A stretch of DNA of 36,675 nt from positions 1 to 36,675 of the forward strand of contig JAPLOC010000497.1 of NCBI GenBank assembly GCA_026692825.1, given 5' to 3'. Below the pieces are notes generated by a model that ran no database searches, was not told the origin of the DNA, and saw only the letters and a list, made by a program, of their open reading frames with translations. This document shows positions 1-9,732 of this stretch, piece after piece (position 1 is the stretch's first letter; each line of letters opens with the position of its first letter). The position numbers and the translations under genes were made by a program. Source of the DNA: Planctomycetota bacterium (GTDB taxonomy: Bacteria > Planctomycetota > Planctomycetia > Planctomycetales > Planctomycetaceae).

Positions 1-563
1 ACCACCCACGGCATGGTGACACATTGGGGCAACAACCCCGTCGAAGGACGCAATTTCGCCAGTGCCGAGCCGATTTGTGGCGAATCTTTCCGCGACGGAG
101 GGACCGCGTCGGACTTCACTTGGGGCGCATGCCGACCGGTGAGGATGTGATGCACACTGGAAAGGTGAGCCGGGTCGTCGTGCGTGACGGAACGGACGAT
201 CGACAATCGTTCCGCATGCTTCGCGAGTCGCGAGAAGTGTTCGGAAACCTGGATTCCGGGGACCGTGGTGGCGATCGGAGCGAATTCGCCGCGGACTTCG
301 GCCGGGGCATTGGGCTTAAGATCCCAGGTGTCGAGGTGGGACGGCCCGCCCCACATGAACATCAGAATACACGCCTTCGCCTTACCAAATCCTGCACCGT
401 CGGACCATTGTTCGAGTGGGTTCGGGAACGCGTGCAGCGGCTGGCCGGAAATCAGACCGGCGGCGGTCACCCCCAACGCGCCGAGTGAACCATATTGCAG
501 CAGCGACCGACGGTTGAACCGTCGTGCGAGTCGCTGAAACTCGTGGCAGGCGAGGTCGTGCAT
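1..563 (-). CDS. DUF1501 domain-containing protein (sulfatase-like, twin-arginine leader); N-terminal part only, gene runs off the left edge
   Basis: Absent from the ORF track because there is no stop in the window. Reverse-complement translation from ATG 563-561 gives MHDLACHEFQRLARRFNRRSLLQYGSLGALGVTAAGLISGQPLHAFPNPLEQWSDGAGFGKAKACILMFMWGGPSHLDTWDLKPNAPAEVRGEFAPIATTVPGIQVSEHF.... The RR leader plus the ILMFMWGGPSHLDTWDLKP block is the typical N-terminus of planctomycete DUF1501 proteins. Confidence 0.85.
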   Translation of the reverse strand, partial: MHDLACHEFQRLARRFNRRSLLQYGSLGALGVTAAGLISGQPLHAFPNPLEQWSDGAGFGKAKACILMFMWGGPSHLDTWDLKPNAPAEVRGEFAPIATTVPGIQVSEHFSRLAKHAERLSIVRSVTHDDPAHLSSVHHILTGRHAPQVKSDAVPPSRKDSPQIGSALAKLRPSTGLLPQCVTMPWV

Positions 564-694
564 CGGGAGGGGCCTTGGGGGCGGGGGGCGTTTCCCTTTG
601 GATCGAGAATCCAATAAGGAAGACGCCAAGGGGGGTGTACATCATTGTATGCCGACTGGTGGTGACAACTCAATCGCGTCTCGTCACAATGTGA

Positions 695-1999
695 ATGACA
701 ACGACCCGAACGAAAGAACGGAAAGGAGGCGGTGCCGTGGCGTCGACTGTGTTTGATGTTTCGCAAGTTACCCCGACAACAAACCCCCTGCCCGAGGTTC
801 CTGTCAAAGAGGCAATCGAATACCTGTTGAATCCCCCTGGGTCGCCAATTGCGCAGTTATTCTCTCGGCACCGAACGCAGTCGGAAAAATCAACCAGTGA
901 GACGAAAAAGCCCATTGAAGCGTGTTCGCGCTACCATGGCCGGATGGTTGCTCATGTCGATCTTCATCCGGTCATCGGTGCCGCACAATTCGCTTTTCAT
1001 TCCCATCGTCCCCTGGTACTCAGCCCCGACATCGTCTGGTTGATGATCGCCCAGGGATTCGCCAGTCATGTCAATGCGAATGCCGAAACGCTGCGTCCAC
1101 AATTGGTCAAACACAGCGGAAAGTGCAAAATCAAGGTCGAACGAAATGATTTCGTAAAGGGCTCTCCCGAAAATCCCTGGACGGAAGTTTTTGACGAATT
1201 TGCCGGTCAAATTCGCGAACATGTCGGGGAAACAACCCACGAACTTTTGCTGCCGACGTTTTCGACCACCGGAGTGGTCGAACGGGCGGCGGCGCAGCTC
1301 GCGATCTTGGAGGCTTTGGCCCCCTTTTTTGAATATGAATTCCATACCATGTGTGGAATCCCGCAAATCGTGCTGGAAGGGACGGCTGACGACTGGGATC
1401 GGTTGGCCGAACGTACCCAGAATCTCGGACAATTTGGCCTGTCCTGGTGGACGGATTCGCTAGCGCCGATCCTGGGCGAATTCTGCGCGGCCGTTCGTGG
1501 CCAAGTGAATTGTCGATTCTGGCAATCCCTCTACAAACGCGACGATGAAAGCGGCGGACCGTACGTGACTGGCTGGATCACATCGTTTTTTCCTTATCTC
1601 AAACACCACCAGACGGGACAGCCCACAATCAAAAACTACAACCTTTCAAGATACAGTGCATCTAGTTCGGCACCAGCCGATGCAACGGAACCGTCGACGC
1701 CTCAGGACCTGCCGTGGGAAATCGGTGGCCCCATGGATCGGTTGCCAAAGAGTGTCCTCGTGGAAATGGCGTTAAGGCGTATTTCCCTGGCAAAAAAAGA
1801 GACTCGCGAATTCGGTGGACGTTGTAGGGTCTCCGATTTCCCCAGCGGGGTGTCCCGGGTACCGTTGCAATGGATGTACTATGGCAGCACATTCCCAATG
1901 GAAATGCTGGGAGGTTTCGTTGGAATCTCGCAAGAGCCAGAATCGCTGCGGTTGCGGCCGGAAATCGGATGGGCGATCCGGGAATCGACGATTGATTGA
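695..1999 (+). CDS. DUF4419 domain-containing protein (function unknown)
   Basis: 434-aa ORF from ATG 695. The blocks HPVIGAAQFAFHSHRPLVLSPDIVWLMIAQGFASHVN, CGIPQIVLEGTADDWDRL and YVTGWITSFFPY fit my recollection of DUF4419. Family call is from memory only. Confidence 0.6.
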   Translation: MTTTRTKERKGGGAVASTVFDVSQVTPTTNPLPEVPVKEAIEYLLNPPGSPIAQLFSRHRTQSEKSTSETKKPIEACSRYHGRMVAHVDLHPVIGAAQFAFHSHRPLVLSPDIVWLMIAQGFASHVNANAETLRPQLVKHSGKCKIKVERNDFVKGSPENPWTEVFDEFAGQIREHVGETTHELLLPTFSTTGVVERAAAQLAILEALAPFFEYEFHTMCGIPQIVLEGTADDWDRLAERTQNLGQFGLSWWTDSLAPILGEFCAAVRGQVNCRFWQSLYKRDDESGGPYVTGWITSFFPYLKHHQTGQPTIKNYNLSRYSASSSAPADATEPSTPQDLPWEIGGPMDRLPKSVLVEMALRRISLAKKETREFGGRCRVSDFPSGVSRVPLQWMYYGSTFPMEMLGGFVGISQEPESLRLRPEIGWAIRESTID

Positions 2000-2157
2000 T
2001 GCCACATCAACAGTGATGTGCCGAACGGACTGCTCGAATGAGTACCAGCAAATTTCATCTATCCCTCACGAGCGAATCCGGCGTAGAATGATCTGGACGA
2101 CCAACCGGTCCGCATGTCGCCAAGATCGTGCCGGACCTTGCCCTCACTGAAACCCGC

Positions 2158-2673
2158 ATGGCCTCCCAGGTTCTGACACTGCTACTTGCGATGACGCAGT
2201 TCCTTTCGTGGAACGCGGCACCCTTGTATTTGTGTGTGTCGGAGAGTGGTTTGGTCCGCCTGGATGGTGGGCCTGCCGGTTGTGGTGGATGTGGCCCGAC
2301 GTCTGTCGGGGAAGGCGCGAAGCCGACCTGTGATCACGACCACGAGGGCGGGTGTCAACACGCGCATTCTGGTCACCCGCATTCTAAGGGTCGGCGTTCC
2401 AGTGACCGTGATCACTGGTCGGAGACGTTGGGGAGGGAATCGGGCACGCCGTGTGAATGCGCACATTGGCCGTTACTGGCACAGCAGGACGACCTGGTTC
2501 GCCCCGCCGGCCTGACCGTTGTGACTCCCACCGCGATGAACGCGGCCTGGATCGCTCGCACGGAACACATCCCCGGGCTGGGGACAGGGTCGCGTGGTAT
2601 CGGGTTACGTGGGCGAAGTGGCGATCCGCCGATTCATTGGACGACATGGCAGACGATCGTCCTGCGCTGTTAG
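2158..2673 (+). CDS. Cys/His-rich hypothetical protein, possible secreted metal-binding protein at the head of the metal-efflux cluster
   Basis: ORF 2128..2673. ATG 2158 gives a hydrophobic leader MASQVLTLLLAMTQFLSW. Patches CGGCG, CDHDHEGGCQHAHSGHPH and CECAH are present. It sits directly upstream of the adaptor genes. No family recognised, and high GC makes the coding status uncertain. Confidence 0.4.
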   Translation: MASQVLTLLLAMTQFLSWNAAPLYLCVSESGLVRLDGGPAGCGGCGPTSVGEGAKPTCDHDHEGGCQHAHSGHPHSKGRRSSDRDHWSETLGRESGTPCECAHWPLLAQQDDLVRPAGLTVVTPTAMNAAWIARTEHIPGLGTGSRGIGLRGRSGDPPIHWTTWQTIVLRC

Positions 2674-2834
2674 TCGTCGGCTGACAAGCCGCCTCTGCGA
2701 CGCGAACGCCGCATTGCGCTCTCCGATACGGGAGAGCATTACGGGTTCGCTCTCCTCCCTTGGAACCGTCGGCAATCGGGCGTGCGCTCGCTCGTTCGCC
2801 CGTTTGGGTCCGTTGGGATCACGCCATCTCCGCC

Positions 2835-4490
2835 ATGCATCAGGACTCCGTCATGTCCAGCCCCGCGACACCTGCACCACCAGTCCTCACTGGGGAGCGC
2901 GATTCCGCGTCAGCGTCGCTTTGGCCCAAGTCTCCGCGACTTCCCTTCACTCAACGGGTACTCCAATCGTTGCCCGCCCTCCTGGTGCTGGCAACGCTGT
3001 TCGGTGTCCTCGCCTGGGGGCAGCGGCATCATTGGAGAATCCCCAAATTCTCCGCCTGGATCGGGGAACCGACCAGCGACGTCGACGACTGGTGCGCGGA
3101 ACACAGCGTGCCCGAATCGATCTGTGTGGTCTGCGATGAAGACGCCCATCGATCGAAAGGGTACGGCTGGTGTCGCGTTCATGGAATCACCGAATGCCCA
3201 TACGAACATCCCGATGTCCCCCAACTGGAGGAACCGTTGGCGGTCGCTCCCGATCGAATCGAACAGATCGACGCGGCGCTGCGTTTGCGCCCCCGGCCGG
3301 CGAACAACAGCCGGTGCAAGACCCACGAGCGGCAGATTCAGGTCGCCACGCCTGAGACCCTGACCAAACTCGGCGTTTCAACCGAGCCGGCGGCGGCGGT
3401 CTCCATCGTGGAGTCAATTGAGGTCACGGGAGAGGTGACCTTCAATCAAAACCACACCGCACACCTTTCGAGCCGGGTGCCTGGCGTGATCTGGCAGGTT
3501 CAACGACAAATCGGCGAGGCGGTCAAACCCGGAGATGTGCTGTTGCTGGTCGACGCCGGCGACGTGGGGGCCGCGAAGAGCGAGTTTCTCAAGTCGCTGG
3601 GGGAGACCGGCCTGAAGCGGCGAGTCCACGACCGACTCGCGGCTCTCGCGGGTAAAGGTTCCATTCCGGGTCGACAGGTCCAGGAAGCGGAGGCTGCCGT
3701 TCAAGAGTCGGAGATTCGCTTGCTCGCCGCGCGGGAAGCGCTGGTCAATCTTGGTCTGCCGATCGCGTTAGAAACATTCGAGAAACTGACGATCGACGAA
3801 GCATCGCGACAGCTTCGGTTTCTGGGCATTCCGCACGAGTTGATCTCCGCGCTGGAAACACAGGGTGCGAGTTCCAGTCTGATTCCGGTGCGATCGCCGA
3901 TCGAAGGGGTGTTGGTGGAACATCACGCCGTCGTGGGTGAGGTGGTCGATACCACAACGCGACTTTGCACCGTCGCCGACCGGAGCCAATTGTGGGTGAC
4001 GGTCGACGTTCCCCAGCATGAAGCCCGATTCGTGAAACCAGGGCAAAAGCTGCTGTTTCACTCCGACGGGGGCGAAGGGGATTTCACGGGATCGATTGAC
4101 TGGATCGCGGATTCCATCGATCCGGACACCCGGATGTTGAAAGTGCGGGCTGAGGTCCGCAACGACGCGCGACAAGTGAAAGCCAAGTCGTTCGGCGCGG
4201 GCCGGATTGTGCTGCGCGAGGATTCCCAGGCGGTCGTCGTGCCGAACGAGGCGGTTCACTCGGAAGGGTGCTGCACCATTGTCTTCGTGCGGCATCGCGA
4301 CTTTCTCAAACCCGATTCCCCCCGACTGTTCGAGATCCGAAAAGTTCGTACCGGGGTAAGGACGGCGACTCACACCGAATTGATCGCGGGGCTGTTGCCG
4401 GGGGAGGTCATTGCCACACAGGGGAGCGAAGCGCTCCGTGTCGAATTGCTCAAAGGCAACCTGGGTGACGGTTGCGGGTGCGCCCACTGA
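2835..4490 (+). CDS. Efflux RND periplasmic adaptor subunit (HlyD/CzcB-like membrane fusion protein) with Cys-rich N-terminal extension and C-terminal GCGCAH tail
   Basis: ORF 2760..4490; ATG 2835 is the most plausible start (ATG 2853 is an alternative). It has a TM anchor LPALLVLATLFGVLAW. MFP hallmarks are VTGEVTFNQNHTAHLSSRVPG, GDVLLLVD, LIPVRSPIEGVLVEH, LWVTVDVPQHE and VVVPNEAVH. The stop TGA 4488-4490 overlaps the ATG of the next gene. Confidence 0.85.
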   Translation: MHQDSVMSSPATPAPPVLTGERDSASASLWPKSPRLPFTQRVLQSLPALLVLATLFGVLAWGQRHHWRIPKFSAWIGEPTSDVDDWCAEHSVPESICVVCDEDAHRSKGYGWCRVHGITECPYEHPDVPQLEEPLAVAPDRIEQIDAALRLRPRPANNSRCKTHERQIQVATPETLTKLGVSTEPAAAVSIVESIEVTGEVTFNQNHTAHLSSRVPGVIWQVQRQIGEAVKPGDVLLLVDAGDVGAAKSEFLKSLGETGLKRRVHDRLAALAGKGSIPGRQVQEAEAAVQESEIRLLAAREALVNLGLPIALETFEKLTIDEASRQLRFLGIPHELISALETQGASSSLIPVRSPIEGVLVEHHAVVGEVVDTTTRLCTVADRSQLWVTVDVPQHEARFVKPGQKLLFHSDGGEGDFTGSIDWIADSIDPDTRMLKVRAEVRNDARQVKAKSFGAGRIVLREDSQAVVVPNEAVHSEGCCTIVFVRHRDFLKPDSPRLFEIRKVRTGVRTATHTELIAGLLPGEVIATQGSEALRVELLKGNLGDGCGCAH

Positions 4491-5906
4491 TGAATCTCGC
4501 TACTACAACGTCAACAATTGAAAAGTCACCCGGTTCGTCGCTGGTTCGTCGGGGACTGTCGGCGTTTTCCACGGCGCTGGTTTGGATTTCCCTCGGCGGA
4601 TTCGCCTGGTGGGGGCATCTCACCGACTGGAAGTTTTCGCCGACGTCGTCGAATCGGTCCATGAGTGCCGATCCGTCCGACTGGTGTGGAGACCACGGTG
4701 TCCCAAAGTCGATTTGCGTAAACTGCCAGAATCCGCAGGAAACGTTCATTCAATTCGCGAGTGTCGAGGCCTTCGAAAAATCGGGAATCGAGATCGACGT
4801 TGTCGCGCAGCAGGAGGTCACCGAGAGTTTGCTTGTCCCGGGGGAAGTCTCGTTCGACCCGTCACGAACCGCGCACCAGCCGGGTATCGGGGACGACTTG
4901 GCGTGTCCGCAAACATCTGGGTGACCGGGTCGAAGCGGGGGACGTACTCCTCCTGGTCGACGCCCACGATGTTGGGAAGGCGAAGAGCGAATTCGTTCAG
5001 GCGATCTCCAGCGTGCGACTCAAGCAGGGGTTGGTCGACCGACTTGCGCCGCTCGCCGAGACGGGCGCGGCCCCCGCCCGACAGATCATCGAAGCCGAGG
5101 CGGCGTTGCGCGCGGCCGAGCTGCGCCAACTGGCGGCGCAGGAGACGCTGTCCAACCTGGGGTTTCGAATTCGTGGCGAGCAATTCGCTCAGACTCCCGT
5201 CAACGACATCTTGAAGGAGTTGAAATTCCTGGGAATCCCCACCGGGGAAGTGACGGACATCGACCAGGAAACGGCGAGTTCCAACTTGATCCCCGTGCGA
5301 TCCCCGATCGCGGGAATCGTGGTCGCCGCCGACGCGGTGGTGGGGGAAGTGGTGGGAGCGACGTCACCTTTGTTTACAGTCGCCGACCGGAACCGACTGT
5401 GGGTGACACTCGAAGTCCCCCAGAAAGAGATTCGCAAAATCCAGATGGGTCAGAAAATCCGTTTTCGTCCCGACGGTGTGGAGAAAGAACTGAACGGGGT
5501 GGTGCAGTGGATCGCTGACACAGTGGACGAACGCACGCGCACCTTGCGGGTGCGTGCCGAGGTCGAAAACAATTCGCTGCAGATCAAAGCGGGAGCGTTT
5601 GGCACCGGACAGATTGTACTGAGGGAAACCGCCGATGCGGTTGTTGTCCCGCAGTCGGCGATCCACGGACGTGGTGATTCACAATTCGTGTTTGTGCGAA
5701 ACCCCGATTTCCTCAAAGCGGGTGGACTGAAGACCTTCGCCGTCCGACCGATTCAGGTCGGAGTCTCCACAACAGGCGGCGTGCAGGTCGTGAAGGGACT
5801 GGCGGCGGACGAGGTGATCGCCACGACCGGCAGTGAGTCGCTGAGATCGCGATTGAGCCAGCAACTGCCCAAACGTCGGGCAAAGCCATTGTCGCCATCC
5901 AGTTAA
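4490..5906 (+). pseudogene. Second HlyD/CzcB-like RND adaptor, paralogue of the upstream gene, interrupted by a frameshift near 4877
   Basis: ORFs 4472..4924 and 4761..5906 together make one adaptor. Frame 1 reads ...PGEVSFDPSRTAH, then nonsense and a stop at 4922-4924. The +1 frame from 4878 continues SRVSGTTWRVRKHLGDRVEAGDVLLLVDAHDVGKAKSEF, colinear with the paralogue (TAHLSSRVPGVIWQVQRQIGEAVKPGDVLLLVDAGDVGAAKSEF). ATG 4490 overlaps the upstream stop (TGATG). Confidence 0.75.
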
Positions 5907-6003
5907 CGGGTTGCCTGCCGTCTCAAGCTGGACTCGAACTGCAAGGGTTTGAGTTCGGCATCCGTCTCCCCGATCGCTGTGTTTGCCCACGTCACAGGTC
6001 CAC

Positions 6004-9000
6004 ATGCTCAACTGGCTGATTGAAGCGTCTCTCAAGCATCGCGCGATGGTGATTTTCATCACCCTCGCAGTGGCGGTGTTCGGCTTTCTTTCGCTCAAGC
6101 GGCTGGACATTGACGCCTTCCCCGACACGACACCGGTGATGGTGCAGATCAACACCACCGCGCCGGCACTCAATCCTGAAGAGGTCGAACGGCAGATCAC
6201 ATTTCCCATCGAGCAATCTCTCGGCGGAATGCGGAATCTCATTGCGTTACGCTCTGTTTCGAAGTTTGGGCTTTCGCAGGTGACGGTTGTCTTCGCCGAC
6301 GGAACCGAAATCTATTTCGCCCGGCAGTTGATCACCGAACGGCTCTCGACCGTTGAACTCCCGGCAGGGATCGCCCGTCCCAAAATGGGGCCGGTGTCGA
6401 GTGGACTGGGTGAAGTCTTCCATTACGTCGTCCAGCCGACCGAAGACCTTTCCGGTCTGCCAGTCGAGGAACGGCAGAGTCGACTGACCGAAATCCGAAC
6501 CGTTCACGACTGGGTCATCAAGCCGGCGCTGCGAACTGTCGCGGGGACCGCCGAGATCAACAGTTGGGGGGGCTTCGAGAAGCAGTATCAGGTGCGCATC
6601 GATCCGCGCCGGCTGATCCAATTCGATCTGACATTCGAGCAGGTGGTGACTGCGGTCGAGAAGAACAACCGCAACATTGGCGGAGGGAACATCACTGTCG
6701 GGAGTCAGATGCAGTTGGTCCACGGTATGGGGCGGACTGTCAATGTGGAGCAGATCGGGAACATTGTCTGTGCCGCCAAGGAGGGGGTTCCGATTCGGGT
6801 GAAAGATGTCGCCGATGTGGAGATCGGCCACGAAATCCGGCGAGGGGCGGTGACCGCCGACGGGCAGGGAGAAGTGGTTTTGGGACTTGGCTTTATGCTG
6901 ATGGGGGAAAACAGCCACGTAGTCACCCGCCAACTCAAACAGAAGCTCGAGGAAGTGAGTCACTCGCTGCCGGCGGGCATGGAAGTTGTGCCGGTCTATG
7001 ACCGAACCGAATTGGTCTGTTTCTGTTTCTCGGGAATCTGCGGGCGGCGGCGGTTGTCGCGTTGGCGATTCCGCTGTCGATGCTGTGCGCGTTCTCGGGG
7101 ATGCTGCAGGTCGGAATCGCGGCCAGTCTGCTCAGTCTCGGCGCGCTCGACTTTGGAATGATCGTCGACAGCTCGGTCGTGATGGTTGAAAACTGCGTGA
7201 GGCACATCGCCCATGGCGATCTTGACCGGCGGAGCAAGCTCGATGTGATCCGCGATGCCGCCCTCGAAGTTCGCAAGCCAACCTTGTTTGGCGAACTGAT
7301 CATCATGATTGTCTATCTGCCGATCCTCACGCTCGAGGGGATTGAAGGAAAGCTTTTCCGACCGATGGCGCTGACGGTGATCTTCGCCTTGCTCGGCTCG
7401 ATGGTCTTGTCGATGACCTTCATCCCTGTGCTGGCAAGTCTGGCGCTGCCGCGTCGCATTCGCGAGACGACGCCCCTGTTCATGAAGATCGCGCACGCTC
7501 TGCACAACCCAATTTTGCGACTCTGCATGACACACAAAGTCGCGGTGCTGGGAACAGCGGCGACCGTACTGCTGGTGGCGTTCGGCATGATCGCACCGCA
7601 ACTGGGGGCGGAGTTCATTCCCCGACTCTCGGAAGGTGCGATTGCCATCAGCGTGGTCCGACTGGCGGGGACCGATCTGAGTGAGTCGGTCCGCGGCAAC
7701 ACGCAACTCGAAAAGACGCTGCTGGCGGCATTTCCTGATGAGATTCGACATACGTGGAGTCGCATCGGGTCGGCCGAAATCGCGACCGACCCGATGGGGG
7801 TTGAACTGACCGACCTGTTCATCAGCCTCACCCCGCGATCCCAATGGACCCGGGCCAAAACCCAGACGGAACTAGTCGAACGGATGGAACGCGAGCTGCG
7901 GGAACTGCCTGGACTCAAACTGGCGTTCACGCAGCCAATCGAATTGCGGATGAACGAAATGATCTCCGGCAGTCGGTTGGATGTGGTGGTCAAACTGTTT
8001 GGCGACGATTTGACGCTGCTGGCACAAAAGGCCCACGAAATCGAGCATGTCCTCCAGTCGATTCCCGGGGGAGCGGATATCTCGGTCGAGCAGATCACCG
8101 GGCAGCCGATTCTTCAAATTCGAATCGACCAAGACGCGATCGCGCGGTACGGGGTCGCCGCCAGCGATGTCCTCGACGTCGTGGAGGCGATAGGCAGCCG
8201 GCCGGTCGGCGATGTGACCGAGGGGCAACTGCGGTTTCCACTGGTCGTGCGACTGCCCGAGTCGATCCGTCAGACACCCGAGGCGATCGGCGGGATCCTC
8301 ATTCCGACCGCGTCGGGGGAACGGTTGCCATTGTCCAGCCTGGCGAAGATCGAGACGGTCGAGGGGCCATCCACAATCACCCGGGAATGGGGACAACGCC
8401 GCATCGGAGTCTCATGCAACGTGCGGGGGCGGGACATGATTGGCTTTGTCGCCGAGGCGCGCCGCGCGGTCGAAGAACGAGTGCCGCTCCCCTCGGGAAG
8501 ATACCGGGTGGAATGGGGCGGGCAGTTTGAACATTTTGACAGCGCGCGATTGCGGCTGCTGATTGTGGTTCCCGCAGCGGTCGTGCTGATTTTCACGCTG
8601 TTGTTTCTCACCTACCGCAACGTGTTTGATTCCGCCCGAGTATTGACCGGTGTGCCACTTGGCTGGGTCGGGGGGATTATCGCGTTGTGGCTGCGAGACA
8701 TGCCGTTTTCGATCTCGGCGGCGATTGGATTCATCGCGATGTCGGGGGTCGCGGTCCTGGACGATATGATTCTGGTTTCGTACATCCGACAACTCCGGGG
8801 CCAGGGAATGCGCCGGGACGACGCGGTGCGCGAAGCCGCCGTCACGCGATTGCGACCGGTCCTCATGACCACATTGGTCGCCAGTCTGGGATTTCTGCCG
8901 ATGGCGCTCAGTTCCGGAATGGGGGCCGAGGTGCAACGGCCGCTCGCGACCGTCGTCATTGGCGGAGTGATCAGCGCGATGGTGATGTCGCTGTTAGTCA

Positions 9001-9158
9001 TTCGCGTCTTGTACGTGGTCTTCGACACGATCGCGCATTTCGGTCGCTGGATCTGCCGCCGACTGTTTGGCCTGACTGACAAGCAACTGGTCTGGCTGTT
9101 CGGCGAGAACTGGGATGCGATGGAGGAGCCTGCCAAACCCGACACATCGCACGGATGA
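6004..9158 (+). pseudogene. CusA/CzcA-family heavy-metal efflux RND permease, disrupted by an internal out-of-frame deletion at ~7017
   Basis: ORFs 5983..7161 and 7062..9158. The N-terminus MLNWLIEASLKHRAMVIFITLAVAVFGFLSLKRLDIDAFPDTTPVMVQINT is classic CzcA/CusA. Frame 1 ends its sense at ...VPVYDRTELV (7015-7017). Frame 2 resumes at 7017 with LFLFLGNLRAAAVVALAIPLSMLCAFSG...DSSVVMVEN. The ~20-25 residues that normally separate these blocks (most of TM2) are absent. Confidence 0.85.
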
Positions 9159-9282
9159 GCCGTCATCATTTCCGCGAACCAGATCAACCCCGGCTTGCGG
9201 CCGCACGCAATTTCATTGAACGCCATTTCACTGACCTTTCGCGTTACACTTCTCACACAACACTTTTGAACGGAGTCCCCCC

Positions 9283-9732
9283 ATGTCGAACAACATTCGC
9301 TTTCTGTTGATGCCCGGGTTGCTGCTGTCGCTGGCCGTTTTCGCCTCCGGCTGCGGTAATCCGTCTCCCGCACCGACGGGAACCGCCAATTCCAGCTCTG
9401 CCCCGAACGCGAAGGAGAAGTCGTCTCCACACGCCGAAGCCGGCCACGAACATGACGGTCATGATCACGACGGTCATGACCACGACGAGGGGACCGGCGA
9501 CACGGCACACTCTGGATGGTGGTGCGATGAGCATGGAATCCCGGAGGCGGTCTGCAGCATGTGCAGCCCCAAAGTCGCGTTACAGTTTCAGAAGAAGGGA
9601 GACTGGTGCGAGGAACACGATCGGGCGAAGTCGCAGTGCTTTGTCTGCGACCCCGGTTTGAAAGAGAAATTCGCCAAACAGTACCGCGCGAAGTACGGCA
9701 AAGAACCCCCCGCGATTGAAGACCATGAGTGA
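9283..9732 (+). CDS. His/Asp-rich lipoprotein with two W-C-x-E-H...C-x-x-C modules (putative periplasmic metal-binding or chaperone protein)
   Basis: 149-aa ORF, with GGAG at 9272-9275 upstream of ATG 9283. Lipobox LAVFASG-C (Cys codon 9352). H/D tract HAEAGHEHDGHDHDGHDHDE (9430-9489). Modules WWCDEHGIPEAVCSMC (9517-9564) and WCEEHDRAKSQCFVC (9604-9648). Its 3' end overlaps the CDF start by 8 nt. Confidence 0.75.
   Translation: MSNNIRFLLMPGLLLSLAVFASGCGNPSPAPTGTANSSSAPNAKEKSSPHAEAGHEHDGHDHDGHDHDEGTGDTAHSGWWCDEHGIPEAVCSMCSPKVALQFQKKGDWCEEHDRAKSQCFVCDPGLKEKFAKQYRAKYGKEPPAIEDHE

Noticed and set aside
2000-2025. Short imperfect hairpin (CCACATCA-ACAG-TGATGTG) just after the DUF4419 stop as a terminator
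   Set aside because: The stem is only 7-8 bp, AT-rich and without a U-tract. That is too weak to call.
2158-2673. Cys-rich small protein as a RiPP or bacteriocin precursor
   Set aside because: No modification enzymes, peptidase or ABC exporter are nearby. The context (adaptors, RND pump, CDF) and the His/Cys patches fit metal binding better.
4868-7030. Programmed ribosomal frameshifting as an explanation for the split adaptor and split RND pump
   Set aside because: There is no slippery heptamer or stimulatory structure at either junction. In the pump (and in the CDF gene) conserved protein segments are physically missing, so recoding could not restore a normal protein.
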